The translations under genes and the position numbers were made by a program. The notes beneath the pieces are model-generated. The model saw only the letters and a program-made list of their open reading frames with translations, searched no databases and was not told where the DNA came from. A DNA stretch of 64,000 nt, from contig JAOABQ010000100.1 of assembly GCA_026418275.1 (NCBI GenBank), positions 1-64,000 of the forward strand, in the 5' to 3' direction. Position 1 is the first letter of the stretch; every line of letters starts with the position of its first letter. Source of the stretch: Clostridia bacterium. GTDB lineage: Bacteria > Bacillota > Clostridia > Acetivibrionales > DSM-2933. Of the stretch, positions 50,625 through 60,709 are shown one piece after another.

Positions 50625-51542
50625 TTACTTTATAAGCCGGATTCCATAAGTGCCATAGTCATTAATGGTTGTAGAAGTTTCACCTTCCATGCAGTAGGTA
50701 ATAAACCTACCTATAACATCTGCCTGCCCGCCCATGCTGGTGACGCCTTCCAAAAAGAATGTGGCAAATCCAAGAACCTTTATATGTTTGCGGCCGTTGA
50801 CCGTAAGCGTGTTTACAACAGGTAAAAATATAATTTTGGAGCAGTATTTGTTATAGGACTGATAGGTGCATGCCGGTATATGATTGCAGTTGCCTAACAG
50901 TTCATTAATGGATGTAACGGTAGTACCTGCGATGTTTCCGGTTTCGGTTGGGATTACATCATTTACGGTGATGGTCCCGCTGTATCCGTTTAGCAGATTA
51001 TTCCTGTAAATGGAGCCACCGGTACCGCCCAGGGCGATGGCAGCATAGTTTCCTGTAGTACCGTCGCCCCCGCCTTCTTTAAGGGTGTACATTTTGCCGT
51101 AAGTGAAGGTTTGCTGTACGATGGCAAGAGGCCTTGCGCCTTTTAAGGATTTTATGTTTTCCACCCTTGCTTTTGAGACAGCGGAAATATCCTGAGAATT
51201 CTTCCCGAATATTTTGGCAAAATAGTTATCTACCGTTTTTTCGCTGCTTACCTGCAGCATACGGCTTGAGGAGTCTACCGAAACTACCACGTTTTTTACA
51301 TTTTGTATATTCTTATAAATGTAGCTTTCGGCCACTTCTTTTGTGTATCCTGTATTGGCGACCAGTTCCTGGGCACCTGCAAGGGACGCTGCATCCACAC
51401 TGGAGGTTAGCCTGAACTTTTCATAGGCAATTACGCCAAAGTCTATGGTAAGTGCTGCGAAGCCTAAAATGACTGTAAGTATGATTGTGAAAAATACAAT
51501 AGAGGATCCCCGGTTATTTTTTAATATAGTAATCGTTTTCAT
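50625..51542 (-). CDS. TadE/TadG-like (Flp-pilus-assembly-type) membrane-anchored protein, orphan
   Basis: The N-terminal 'SIVFFTIILTVILGFAALTIDFGVIAYEKFRL' is a TadE-like pseudopilin motif, followed by a large Gly/Thr-rich extracellular domain. Confidence 0.6.
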   Translation of the reverse strand: MKTITILKNNRGSSIVFFTIILTVILGFAALTIDFGVIAYEKFRLTSSVDAASLAGAQELVANTGYTKEVAESYIYKNIQNVKNVVVSVDSSSRMLQVSSEKTVDNYFAKIFGKNSQDISAVSKARVENIKSLKGARPLAIVQQTFTYGKMYTLKEGGGDGTTGNYAAIALGGTGGSIYRNNLLNGYSGTITVNDVIPTETGNIAGTTVTSINELLGNCNHIPACTYQSYNKYCSKIIFLPVVNTLTVNGRKHIKVLGFATFFLEGVTSMGGQADVIGRFITYCMEGETSTTINDYGTYGIRLIK

Positions 51543-51593
51543 GCTATAGCCCTCCCCAAAAAAAGTAGGATGAAAATATCTATCTAGATCGCA

Positions 51594-51686
51594 CTAAAAC
51601 TTTACATTTGACAGAGCATTTAGCGAACGGTTTTAGCGCTCATTGCGACAGGCAAATGTAAAATGTTTTTTGCGTTATCTTTAAAA
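51594..51686 (+). repeat. Family-2 dispersed repeat, copy 2
   Basis: Matches 22104-22195. It lies in the divergent region between the TadE-like gene and proB. Confidence 0.7.
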
Positions 51687-51938
51687 TAGCAGCTGCAGAC
51701 GTTTGAATGGGTTTTAACAAGTGTTAAGCAGATATTATATAATTCGAAAATGCCGGTGAGAGATTTGGGGACATAGATAGGCCGGACGGCCTATTTTGTA
51801 TAGGCTCTTAGTACAATCAATACGATAGTGCATCGGTACATCCTTAAGGGAAACATTCCTTGCATCATTATTTTTATAAAAAAGCCCTATTGCATGGAAA
51901 ACGAAACTGAATTGTTATATAATAGTGAGGTAATTATT

Positions 51939-52802
51939 ATGTCGATAAGAGGGATGGGTATGTCGAATTTAAGGAACGGCCTTAAAGATGCCAAAAGGAT
52001 TGTGATAAAAGTTGGTACATCAACACTCACATATGATACAGGGAAACTGAATTTTTCCAGAATCGATAAGCTTGCCAGGGTTATTGCCGACCTTGTAAAC
52101 CAGGGGAAAGAAATTGTATTGGTCACGTCAGGTGCCATCGGGGTTGGGGTAGGGAAATTGAAGCTTCGGGAAAAGCCGAAAATAATCCGTGAAAAGCAAG
52201 CTGTGGCTGCTGTAGGGCAATGTGAGCTTATGCATATTTACAGTAAGTTTTTCTCCGATTACAGCCACATTGTGGGACAGATTCTATTGACAAGGGATGT
52301 AATTGAAAACCAGGAGAGAAGACAAAATGTAATAAATACCTTTGAAACTTTATTGGATAAGGGAATTATTCCTATAGTAAATGAAAATGATTCCATGGCC
52401 GTGGATGAAATAAAATTCGGAGAAAATGACACTCTTTCTGCCATTGTTACCGAATTAATCAATGGGGAACTGCTGATCATTTTGTCCGACATCGATGGAT
52501 TTTATGATTGTGACCCGAGAAAGGACCCGGATGCAAAAATGATTTCAGTTGTTGAAGAAATAACACCGGAAGTGGAAAGGTGTGCAGGAGGAGTCGGGAG
52601 CAAACGGGGAACAGGGGGGATGGCCACCAAGCTTTCGGCCGCAAAAATCGCAACCTTTTCGGGTGCGAATATGGTCATTGCCAGTGGTGAGGACCCGGAG
52701 ATCATTTTGAAAATTATTGAAGGGAAGAATGAGGGAACTTTGTTTGTTTCAAAAAAACCAATCCCGAATACCCGGGTGATAGTAAAAGATGATGAAATGT
52801 AA
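51939..52802 (+). CDS. proB: glutamate 5-kinase
   Basis: 'RIVIKVGTSTLT' and 'LVTSGAIGVG' motifs. GAGG RBS before ATG 51939. Confidence 0.85.
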   Translation: MSIRGMGMSNLRNGLKDAKRIVIKVGTSTLTYDTGKLNFSRIDKLARVIADLVNQGKEIVLVTSGAIGVGVGKLKLREKPKIIREKQAVAAVGQCELMHIYSKFFSDYSHIVGQILLTRDVIENQERRQNVINTFETLLDKGIIPIVNENDSMAVDEIKFGENDTLSAIVTELINGELLIILSDIDGFYDCDPRKDPDAKMISVVEEITPEVERCAGGVGSKRGTGGMATKLSAAKIATFSGANMVIASGEDPEIILKIIEGKNEGTLFVSKKPIPNTRVIVKDDEM

Positions 52803-52817
52803 ACAATAAACATTAGA

Positions 52818-52846
52818 AATGACTGCAGCTTTGCGGTCATTTTTTG
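52818..52846 (+). terminator. terminator after proB
   Basis: aaatgactgc-agctt-gcggtcattt hairpin followed by ttttt. Confidence 0.55.
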
Positions 52847-53007
52847 TATACCTGTTTCGTATTCTTAGAGAATTTATTACCAAGGCTAATACAGGGGTTT
52901 TTATTATATTGTGAAATGAGAATGTAAATGGTAGAATATGTATAGACTTTTATGTGGAATCCTGGTTATCACCGCATCCACTGTGCTTTGAAAGGAGTAA
53001 ATATATT

Positions 53008-54822
53008 TTGAAAGCTAGAAAAAACATATATGAAAAGCGGCTAAAAACCTTTGAAAAGATTGTTGAAAAAAGAACCAGAATAATAAATAAGGTGAGCAAT
53101 TTAAGGCTTTTGACCTTTTTGGCAGGTGTAGGACTAATCCTCTTTACATTTTTCGCAAAATACTATTTTTTATGTGCTGCAGCCTTAATTGTCACATTTT
53201 TTTCCTTTGGAAGTCTTGTTTTTTATCATCAAAAGCTGATTGACAGCAAAAGGACTTTTTCATCCCTTTACCATATTAATGAAAGAGATTTGAAACGCTT
53301 AAACGGAGAGTGGATGGGTTTTTTAGACTCGGGAGAGGAATTCAAAGATGAGGGACACCGGTTTGCCTTGGACCTGGACATTTTTGGGAGAGGCTCACTT
53401 TTCCAATGCATCAATGGGACGAAAACCTATATGGGGAGACAGAGGCTAAAAACCATGCTCAAAGAGCCCTTGAACAGCAAGGAGGAAATTTTGAAAAGGC
53501 AGGAGGCGATTGGGGAGCTTGCGGGTAAACTGGGATGGCGGCAGCGGTTTGAGGCCCAAGGAATGAATACCCGGGAAAAAGTCCAGGACCCGGGCTATTT
53601 AATTGCATGGGCAGAGAAAACCTATGGGTATCAAAAGCTGGGGCTGGCTCGTATTTTGACCGTACTGCCGTTTCTAACCATAGCCCTGACATTGGGTTCA
53701 TTCTCCGGTTTGGGTGTACCTTTTTATATTCCTTTGGCATTCATTGTTTTGCAATACTTTATATTGAGATACAAAAGTAAGGAGAGGCAAGAAATCTTTG
53801 CGATGGCGTATAAGTACAGGGAAGATATCAGAGCCTTTGATGAGATGCTGAAGACTTTTGAGAATAGGCGGTTTCACTCTACTTATATCAATGGGTTGAA
53901 GGAAAGATTGAAAAATGACCGGGGCTTAGCTGCTTGGAAGCAGGTAAAGGAGTTTGTCGGGATTGTTGACTCCATTTCAAACCGGTTTAATGCATTCTAT
54001 TATATCTTTAACCTTTTTACCTTGTGGGATTACCGGATTATTTCTGATTTGGAAAAATGGAAGCAAAAATCCGGAAAAAACCTTAGGAACTGGCTGGAAA
54101 CCGTTGGAGAAGCAGAGGCTTTAAGCAGCCTTGCTGTCCTTCGGTTTGATCATCCGGAATGGAGTGTTCCTAAGATCAGTGAATCGGAGCTCATGCTGGA
54201 TGCTGCGGAAATGGGACACCCCTTACTGCACGGCAGCCGGGTATGCAACAATTTGAAGGTTGGGAGATCAGCAGATATTTTACTTATTACCGGTTCGAAT
54301 ATGTCCGGAAAAAGTACGCTTTTGAGAACAGCAGGGATCAATGTAGTACTGGCCCTTATCGGAGCACCTGTATGTGCCGGGGATTTTTGCTGCTCTGTGA
54401 TGGAGGTTTATACCTGCATGCGGGTAAGTGACAACCTTGAAAGGAATATTTCCTCATTTTATGCGGAGATTTTACGGATCAAGATGGTAATCCGGGCTGT
54501 AGAAGAAGGGAAAAGAGTTTTTTTCCTTCTGGATGAGATATTTAAAGGAACCAATTCAAGGGACAGGCACATGGGAGCGAAAGTTTTGATCACCAAACTT
54601 GAAGAAAAAGGTGCGTTAGGGCTGGTATCCACACATGATTTAGAGCTTGCCGAGCTTGAAGAAGAGAGTAAGGGAAAGATCAAAAATTATCACTTTAGAG
54701 AATATTATAAAAATAATGAAATTTACTTTGACTATAAACTGAGAGCCGGAGTATCCACTACTAGAAATGCAATTTATTTAATGCGGATGGCGGGGATTGA
54801 AGTAGAGGAAAGGGATATGTAA
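53008..54822 (+). CDS. membrane-anchored MutS-family ATPase (4 TM + MutS domain III/V; no mismatch-binding or Smr domain)
   Basis: Walker A 'ITGSNMSGKSTLLR' and MutS domain V motifs 'FFLLDEIFKGTNSRDR' and 'STHDLEL', with four N-terminal TM helices. AGGAG precedes TTG 53008; the track starts at 52954. Confidence 0.7.
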   Translation: MKARKNIYEKRLKTFEKIVEKRTRIINKVSNLRLLTFLAGVGLILFTFFAKYYFLCAAALIVTFFSFGSLVFYHQKLIDSKRTFSSLYHINERDLKRLNGEWMGFLDSGEEFKDEGHRFALDLDIFGRGSLFQCINGTKTYMGRQRLKTMLKEPLNSKEEILKRQEAIGELAGKLGWRQRFEAQGMNTREKVQDPGYLIAWAEKTYGYQKLGLARILTVLPFLTIALTLGSFSGLGVPFYIPLAFIVLQYFILRYKSKERQEIFAMAYKYREDIRAFDEMLKTFENRRFHSTYINGLKERLKNDRGLAAWKQVKEFVGIVDSISNRFNAFYYIFNLFTLWDYRIISDLEKWKQKSGKNLRNWLETVGEAEALSSLAVLRFDHPEWSVPKISESELMLDAAEMGHPLLHGSRVCNNLKVGRSADILLITGSNMSGKSTLLRTAGINVVLALIGAPVCAGDFCCSVMEVYTCMRVSDNLERNISSFYAEILRIKMVIRAVEEGKRVFFLLDEIFKGTNSRDRHMGAKVLITKLEEKGALGLVSTHDLELAELEEESKGKIKNYHFREYYKNNEIYFDYKLRAGVSTTRNAIYLMRMAGIEVEERDM

Positions 54823-54863
54823 ACATGCAGTATCCCTTTCCCTTCAGTGTAGGCAGTATTACT

Positions 54864-55460
54864 CTAATTCTCCGGAAGATAGCCGTTTTCTACGGATTTT
54901 TGAATGATATCCAATGCAAAATTCCACAGGATGGGTGAACCTTCTGCAATATGTTTATTTCTTTCTATTACTTTACTGCGGGTTATCCCGTGTTTTTTCC
55001 AAGCAGCTCCCTTGGTCATATAATTATGGAGCAAGGGCTGCAGGCGGTCAAGAGAGGAGGCAAATTTCGCCTCCGGGGTTTGCCTGCCTTCAAATTCTTC
55101 CCATAAAGAGCGGAGTTCATCAGCCTGATCAGAATCTAAAATATTAAAAATCCTTTGAGCAGCTTTTTCTTCCCGTTCCCTTTTATCCCTATTTCCTTTT
55201 TCGTCATAGCAAAAAGTATCTCCCGCATCAATCTCGACAAGGTCATGGATTAATACCATTTTAATAACTCTGGAAAGATCAATGTCTTTACTTTCCGCAT
55301 GTTCCCATAGGATTGCCGCCATGATTGCCAGATGCCATGAGTGCTCTGCATCATTCTCGTTTCTTGATCCGTCGGTCAATAATGTTTGTCGATAGATTTG
55401 CTTTAACTTGTCGATTTCTATAATAAATTGGATTTGTTTCTCCAAACGTATTAAGTCCAT
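54864..55460 (-). CDS. HD-domain phosphohydrolase (YfbR-like 5'-deoxynucleotidase)
   Basis: 'AEHSWHLA' and 'HDLVEIDAGD' HD motifs. Confidence 0.75.
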   Translation of the reverse strand: MDLIRLEKQIQFIIEIDKLKQIYRQTLLTDGSRNENDAEHSWHLAIMAAILWEHAESKDIDLSRVIKMVLIHDLVEIDAGDTFCYDEKGNRDKREREEKAAQRIFNILDSDQADELRSLWEEFEGRQTPEAKFASSLDRLQPLLHNYMTKGAAWKKHGITRSKVIERNKHIAEGSPILWNFALDIIQKSVENGYLPEN

Positions 55461-55594
55461 AAAAGAGTGCCTCCAGGATTATTGTCGCTGTGTTCTAAAA
55501 TTAAAGGATAATTTACGTACCGTACTTGTTTACCTTATTTTAGCATACATTTTGAAATAAGAGTATAGCAGGAGAAAAACCTATCCTGATTAAT

Positions 55595-55701
55595 CAAGTG
55601 CCTCGTAATGTAATTCTTTTCTAGAGTATGCGAGGCAGAAACAGAGGAAGCGCATTTTTAACACTTTTAAACTTAAAATTTGTTGTGTTAAAAATCACTA
55701 G
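55595..55701 (+). repeat. Family-1 repeat, copy D
   Basis: caagtgcctcg...aaaatcactag, slightly diverged. It lies between the HD gene and the cNMP-DUF2225 gene. Confidence 0.75.
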
Positions 55702-55746
55702 TATAGGTTCCCAATTCCTATATGCTCAGGCTACACTTAATTTATT

Positions 55747-56958
55747 TTATCTCAAAGATACCAAGTTATTATTTTCGATGCCGGCGATTCTCTTTTCAGC
55801 TTGGTGCACAAGGCTGGAATCTGCACGGTGAATGTTTTTTGCTGCATAAAAGTGCTTCAATGCCTCATTCACATTTCCTTTCATTAAAAACAGCTCACCC
55901 AAAATGATGTTCATTTCCTGTTCGTATTCAATGGTGATATTCAATTTTGAATGATAAAATGCGTTATAGTAGTTTTCCAATGCAGCCGATGAGGCCAGAT
56001 GAACCATTTCCTGGTCATGAACATCCTGATAGAGCCAGGTTAGGTGCATCCAAAGCTTGGCAAACTTTAGAGGATCCTTGGAATAGGTTTTCGCAGAGTG
56101 GATGGCAAGGTAATAGGAAGCAAATACATGGTTTATATCCCGTTGTTCTGAGAATGTATAAGCGTATTTTTCCTTGAGATTCTTATTTTTTTCCAATAGA
56201 GGAATGATTTTATTGCCCGGTATTAACTTGAATTCGTTTTGGAAATTGGCATAATAACAGTGCGGGCATACCCAAATTAAATACCACAGCGGATCGAAAT
56301 CACTATACCTTTTTCTGAAATCGAAATCGATCCTGGATAGTTTAAGCTTTGAAAGACGCTGCATTTTTACATGAATGCTGCTGTCGCATACGGGACACAG
56401 CATTTCCTTAGTGTAAATATATTCACTGAAGCTGTAGGGTGCTTCCAAAGAGTAGCTTTTGTGGCCGGGGGGAAATAAAGCAGGACCTTGATGAGCGCTG
56501 TTACCGGGTCTATTTTTTACTGGATTCCCCTGCTTTCTTATGGGAGTGAGGGAATCGCCCTCATGATTTGTGAAAGATTTTAGCTCATTATTCAAACTCC
56601 GAATTCGGCTGCTCAACCCTTTCATAATTTTATACGCCATGGATGGGTTGTTGCAGATAAAAGATTGAAAGTTCTCCTTATTAATAGCCAGTACAATGGT
56701 GTTTGAAGCAGCAACAACCGAGGCACTTCGGGGTTGGTCCTCCAAAAGGGACATTTCCCCAAAAAAGCCTGCGGGTCCTACCTCGGAAATTTGTATGGGA
56801 AAGCCGTCAACCGAAGTAATATAGATATTAACTTTTCCCGTTAAAATAATAAACATCTCATTTCCGGGTTCACCTTCATAACAAATAAAGTCATCTTCAC
56901 TGTATTTCCTCAAAGAACCGAATTCTTTTAATTTTTCTATGTCTGTCATATACATCAC
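55747..56958 (-). CDS. cyclic-nucleotide-binding domain protein fused to DUF2225-like zinc-ribbon/TPR-like domain
   Basis: The N-terminal cNMP-binding β-barrel has 'FGEMSLL'. The C-terminus has 'CPVCDS...CPHCYYANF' Cys pairs typical of DUF2225. Confidence 0.6.
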   Translation of the reverse strand: MMYMTDIEKLKEFGSLRKYSEDDFICYEGEPGNEMFIILTGKVNIYITSVDGFPIQISEVGPAGFFGEMSLLEDQPRSASVVAASNTIVLAINKENFQSFICNNPSMAYKIMKGLSSRIRSLNNELKSFTNHEGDSLTPIRKQGNPVKNRPGNSAHQGPALFPPGHKSYSLEAPYSFSEYIYTKEMLCPVCDSSIHVKMQRLSKLKLSRIDFDFRKRYSDFDPLWYLIWVCPHCYYANFQNEFKLIPGNKIIPLLEKNKNLKEKYAYTFSEQRDINHVFASYYLAIHSAKTYSKDPLKFAKLWMHLTWLYQDVHDQEMVHLASSAALENYYNAFYHSKLNITIEYEQEMNIILGELFLMKGNVNEALKHFYAAKNIHRADSSLVHQAEKRIAGIENNNLVSLR

Positions 56959-57292
56959 TTCCCGAAAGAATATAGATTTATCGATAATTTTGTAAGGTGC
57001 GATAATGTAAAGGAAGTATACGTTATTCCATGGTGTATTGTTTTTTTGAGACTTTTTTGAACAATGTTTATTTTGCGTTAAATATCGTGCAGTTTCATAA
57101 CTTAAATGGCTGATATGTGCTTTTTCAAGAGATGCATCATTTATCTGTAATGTAATGGGGATCAGATAGGTATAAAATTAGAAAGGGATATACTTTAATT
57201 TTACTAAAGTTTCTATGTCAATCCAAGTGATTTAGGCCCAAGATAGGGCAAATGGGAGTAAAAATAGGACGAAAGTACCGGGATGTTGGGGC

Positions 57293-58102
57293 TTACGTAC
57301 CCAATATCCCGGTAAGAACCAACGCAAGCATAAGTGAACCCACAACCAGGCGGTAATATGCAAAGCTTTTTAGGGAGTGCTTGGAAAGAAAGCTAAGAAA
57401 CTTCCCGACCACAAGGAGGGCTACAAGGAATGAAACGGCAAAACCCACAGCCAGGGCTGTCCATTCAAGCGTTGTCATTGCGTGAAGCTCCTTTAATAGG
57501 GAGTAGCCTGTAGCGGCAATCATGGTTGGGATTGCGAGAAAAAATGAAAACTCAGCGGCAGCTTTTACCGAAAGTCCGGCCAACATCCCTCCCATAATGG
57601 TAGAGGCAGACCTGGACATGCCAGGGAACAAAGACATGCACTGGGCTAGACCGATTAAAAAGGCCTTTTTGATTCCAATTTTATCCATGTGGTCGATTTT
57701 AAAATTTTTGGAGTATTTTTCAACAAGAAGCAGCATGATAGCTCCAAGAATTAACGCGATGGCAACAGTTTGTGTAGAAAAAAGGTAAATTTTTATATAG
57801 TCGTTTAGTAAAAAACCAAGTAAGGCTGAAGGTACAAACGCAACAGCGATTTTAAGCCATAAATCGAATCCCCATTCCTTTGGCTTCAGATGCTTTAAGG
57901 AATCAAATATTTTTTTTCGGTAAAAGTATATTACTGCAAGAATTGCACCTAATTGTATGGTTATATCAAACATTTTAGCAAAGTTTCCTTTAAAGTCGAT
58001 CAGATCTCCGGCAATAATCAAATGCCCTGTGGATGAGACTGGTAAAAACTCCGTAATACCTTCAACGATTCCCATAATAATAGATTTAATAATCAGGTCC
58101 AT
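57293..58102 (-). CDS. uppP: undecaprenyl-diphosphate phosphatase
   Basis: 'GITEFLPVSSTGHLI' motif, 8 TM. Confidence 0.9.
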   Translation of the reverse strand: MDLIIKSIIMGIVEGITEFLPVSSTGHLIIAGDLIDFKGNFAKMFDITIQLGAILAVIYFYRKKIFDSLKHLKPKEWGFDLWLKIAVAFVPSALLGFLLNDYIKIYLFSTQTVAIALILGAIMLLLVEKYSKNFKIDHMDKIGIKKAFLIGLAQCMSLFPGMSRSASTIMGGMLAGLSVKAAAEFSFFLAIPTMIAATGYSLLKELHAMTTLEWTALAVGFAVSFLVALLVVGKFLSFLSKHSLKSFAYYRLVVGSLMLALVLTGILGT

Positions 58103-58612
58103 AACTGGTTCTCCTTACATTACTTTTTAAAACATTCTTTATTATAAACGAATAGGCACCTTAAGAAAAGGGAGTGAATATAGATTTACAATAGTTACCT
58201 TGATTACTTAAATTACCTTAGAATAACAGATTCAACTGGATTTGTCGAGGTAAGATCTATCTGATTTTTTTTAAGTTTTTTATTTTGTCTCTTGCAATTT
58301 AAAAAGCAATGTCATATTCTAAAGTGAGGTGAATAGTACAATACATTAAAAATAACAGGTTAGGTTGTCTAAAATTTTAATATATTATACCATGTGTTTC
58401 AGTGGAACGAATACTTCCGGTATTGCATAGAATCGTTGATAAAGGGGATCAATTTCAGCAGATGCCTTGATATAGAAGTATAGACGTTAAAAATAAATGC
58501 ATAATAAGGTGTAAAGCAAATCGCAGAAAACCTTATTTAAATGTAATCTGGTAAATGTGAGTAAAGTTGAAAAACTGTGGTATAAATTTATTAAAAAGAA
58601 GAGGGAATGTAT

Positions 58613-59255
58613 TATGTCTTGTAAGAAAGTTTCAACTTTACGGATAAAGAGAAAAGATATGATAAAATCATATTATGAGGGCAATATGGAAGGTGGCGGG
58701 CCGGAATACAAAATTTTAGGCTGGGAAAGTAAAGAGGCACAGCAGTTAAGATTTAATATCCTCATTTCCAATATAGAAATAAATAATAAAACCGTGCTCG
58801 ATGTGGGATGTGGTACGGGAAACCTTTTGGAATACTTGACAGAGCAAGGATTTGAAGTGAATTATACCGGTGTGGATATCTTGCAAAGTATGTTGGAATA
58901 TGTAAAAAGCAAAGGTTTGCAAGGACGGTTCTATAATATAGACATTTTTAAAGAGAATATTTTTATGGAAGACGAGTTTGATGTAATCTATGCATCGGGA
59001 ATTTTTAATTTGAATTTAGGAAATAATAAAGAATTTCTCACGAATGCTTTAAGGCTTTTTTTAAAATTATCCCGCAAGACGGTTGCATTTAATTTACTAA
59101 GCAGTCGATCTCCGGATAGAGAGGAAAAATATTTCTATTTTGATGAGCAGGAAGTTCTGAAGCTTATAGAAAAAGCCTGTAAAAAGTCTTTTGATGTGAA
59201 AATAGTTAATAGCTACCTTGAAAATGATTTTACAGTAATTCTCAATAAAAATTAA
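58613..59255 (+). CDS. class I SAM-dependent methyltransferase
   Basis: 'VLDVGCGTGNL' motif I. The start is uncertain: GTG 58557 or ATG 58613. Confidence 0.65.
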
Positions 59256-59462
59256 TTTTATAAATAACGAAAGTAAGTAAAATAGGAATGTCAAGAGGGC
59301 AGCCCCAGGTGAAAACAGGCACCCTCTTTTGTTTTCCAGGCAATAAGATTTACATAATCGTACGGGTTCTAATTAAAATTAGGGCGTGTATTGTAAGAAG
59401 GACTACATAATGGTAAAATATAATTCAAATTGTGTAAAAAAGTTAAAAAGGGGTTTGAATTT

Positions 59463-60647
59463 ATGATATCGCAAAAAATAAAGGATAGTATCAGCGGTTC
59501 CTCATTAATCAGGCAAATGTTCGAAGAGGGGGAACGGCTGCGTAAAATACATGGTGCAGATAAGGTTTTTGATTTTAGTATAGGCAATCCGGAGTTTGAA
59601 CCGCCGATTGCTGTGAGAAAGACACTTGAGCGGTTGGTAACCGAAGACCGTCCCGGTATGCACAGGTACATGAGCAATGCGGGCTATGAATATGTGAGAG
59701 GTAAAATTGCAGAGCACTTGGAAAACGAATCCGGTGTTTCCTTAACCAGCGGAAATATCGTGATGACTTGTGGAGCAGCCGCAGCGTTAAACGTGGTTCT
59801 AAAAACCATCCTTAATCCGGGAGAAGAGGTTATCGTGTTTTCGCCTTACTTTGTCGAGTACCTTACTTACATTGATAACTATGGTGGGAAGCCGGTGATT
59901 GTCCCAACAGCTCCGGAGACATTTGAACTGGATACGGAAATTTTAAAAAAATATATTACACCCAAAACCAAAGCGATGATTATCAATTCTCCCAATAATC
60001 CAACAGGGGTTATTTACCGCAAGGAGACGCTGGAAAAAATTTCGGAGCTTCTTCAAAGCAAGGAGAAGGAGTATAATTCAAGCATATTTGTAATTTGTGA
60101 TGAGCCATATAACAAAGTGGTATATGATGGAGTCAAGGTGCCCAGTGTTCTCAAGGCATTTAAGAATTCCATCATTGTAAATTCATTTAGCAAGTCAATT
60201 GCACTTCCTGGGGAGCGGATCGGATTTATCGCTGCAAATCCTGCAATTTCTGAGATTAAACTTCTTATGGAAGGATTGGTTTTATGCAACCGTACCTTAG
60301 GTTTTGTCAATGCGCCTGCATTATTTCAAAGAGTGGTAGCCGAGTCTTTGGATGAATCCATTGATATAGATGAGTATAAAAAACGCCGGGATCTTCTGTA
60401 TGATATACTTACAGAAGCCGGCTTTACCTGCAACAAACCCGAAGGGGCTTTTTACATGTTTCCCAAGGCATTAATTGAAGATGACAATGAATTTGCGAAA
60501 AGAGCATTAAAATACAATCTGCTTATCGTACCGGGGAGCGGATTCGGATGTCCCGGATATTTTAGAATTGCTTACTGCGTAAGCCTTAAGACCATTGAGC
60601 TATCGAGAAGTGCCTTCAAAGCTTTGGCTAAGGAACTGAAAGGATAA
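59463..60647 (+). CDS. PLP-dependent aminotransferase class I (aspartate aminotransferase-like)
   Basis: 'NSPNNPTG' motif and the PLP Lys in 'SFSKSIALPGERIG'. Confidence 0.8.
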   Translation: MISQKIKDSISGSSLIRQMFEEGERLRKIHGADKVFDFSIGNPEFEPPIAVRKTLERLVTEDRPGMHRYMSNAGYEYVRGKIAEHLENESGVSLTSGNIVMTCGAAAALNVVLKTILNPGEEVIVFSPYFVEYLTYIDNYGGKPVIVPTAPETFELDTEILKKYITPKTKAMIINSPNNPTGVIYRKETLEKISELLQSKEKEYNSSIFVICDEPYNKVVYDGVKVPSVLKAFKNSIIVNSFSKSIALPGERIGFIAANPAISEIKLLMEGLVLCNRTLGFVNAPALFQRVVAESLDESIDIDEYKKRRDLLYDILTEAGFTCNKPEGAFYMFPKALIEDDNEFAKRALKYNLLIVPGSGFGCPGYFRIAYCVSLKTIELSRSAFKALAKELKG

Positions 60648-60658
60648 CAATTTCTATA

Positions 60659-60697
60659 AAAATGGAGAGGTTGAAGACCCAACCTCTCCATTTTTAA
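60659..60697. terminator. bidirectional terminator between aminotransferase and Na/Pi transporter
   Basis: aaatggagaggttg-aagacc-caacctctccattt hairpin flanked by A- and T-tracts. Confidence 0.75.
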
Positions 60698-60709
60698 TAG
60701 TTTTATTCA

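Noticed and set aside
24281-55701. The dispersed repeats as a CRISPR array.
   Set aside because: Copies are tens of kb apart and in both orientations, with no regular spacer-repeat periodicity and no cas genes.
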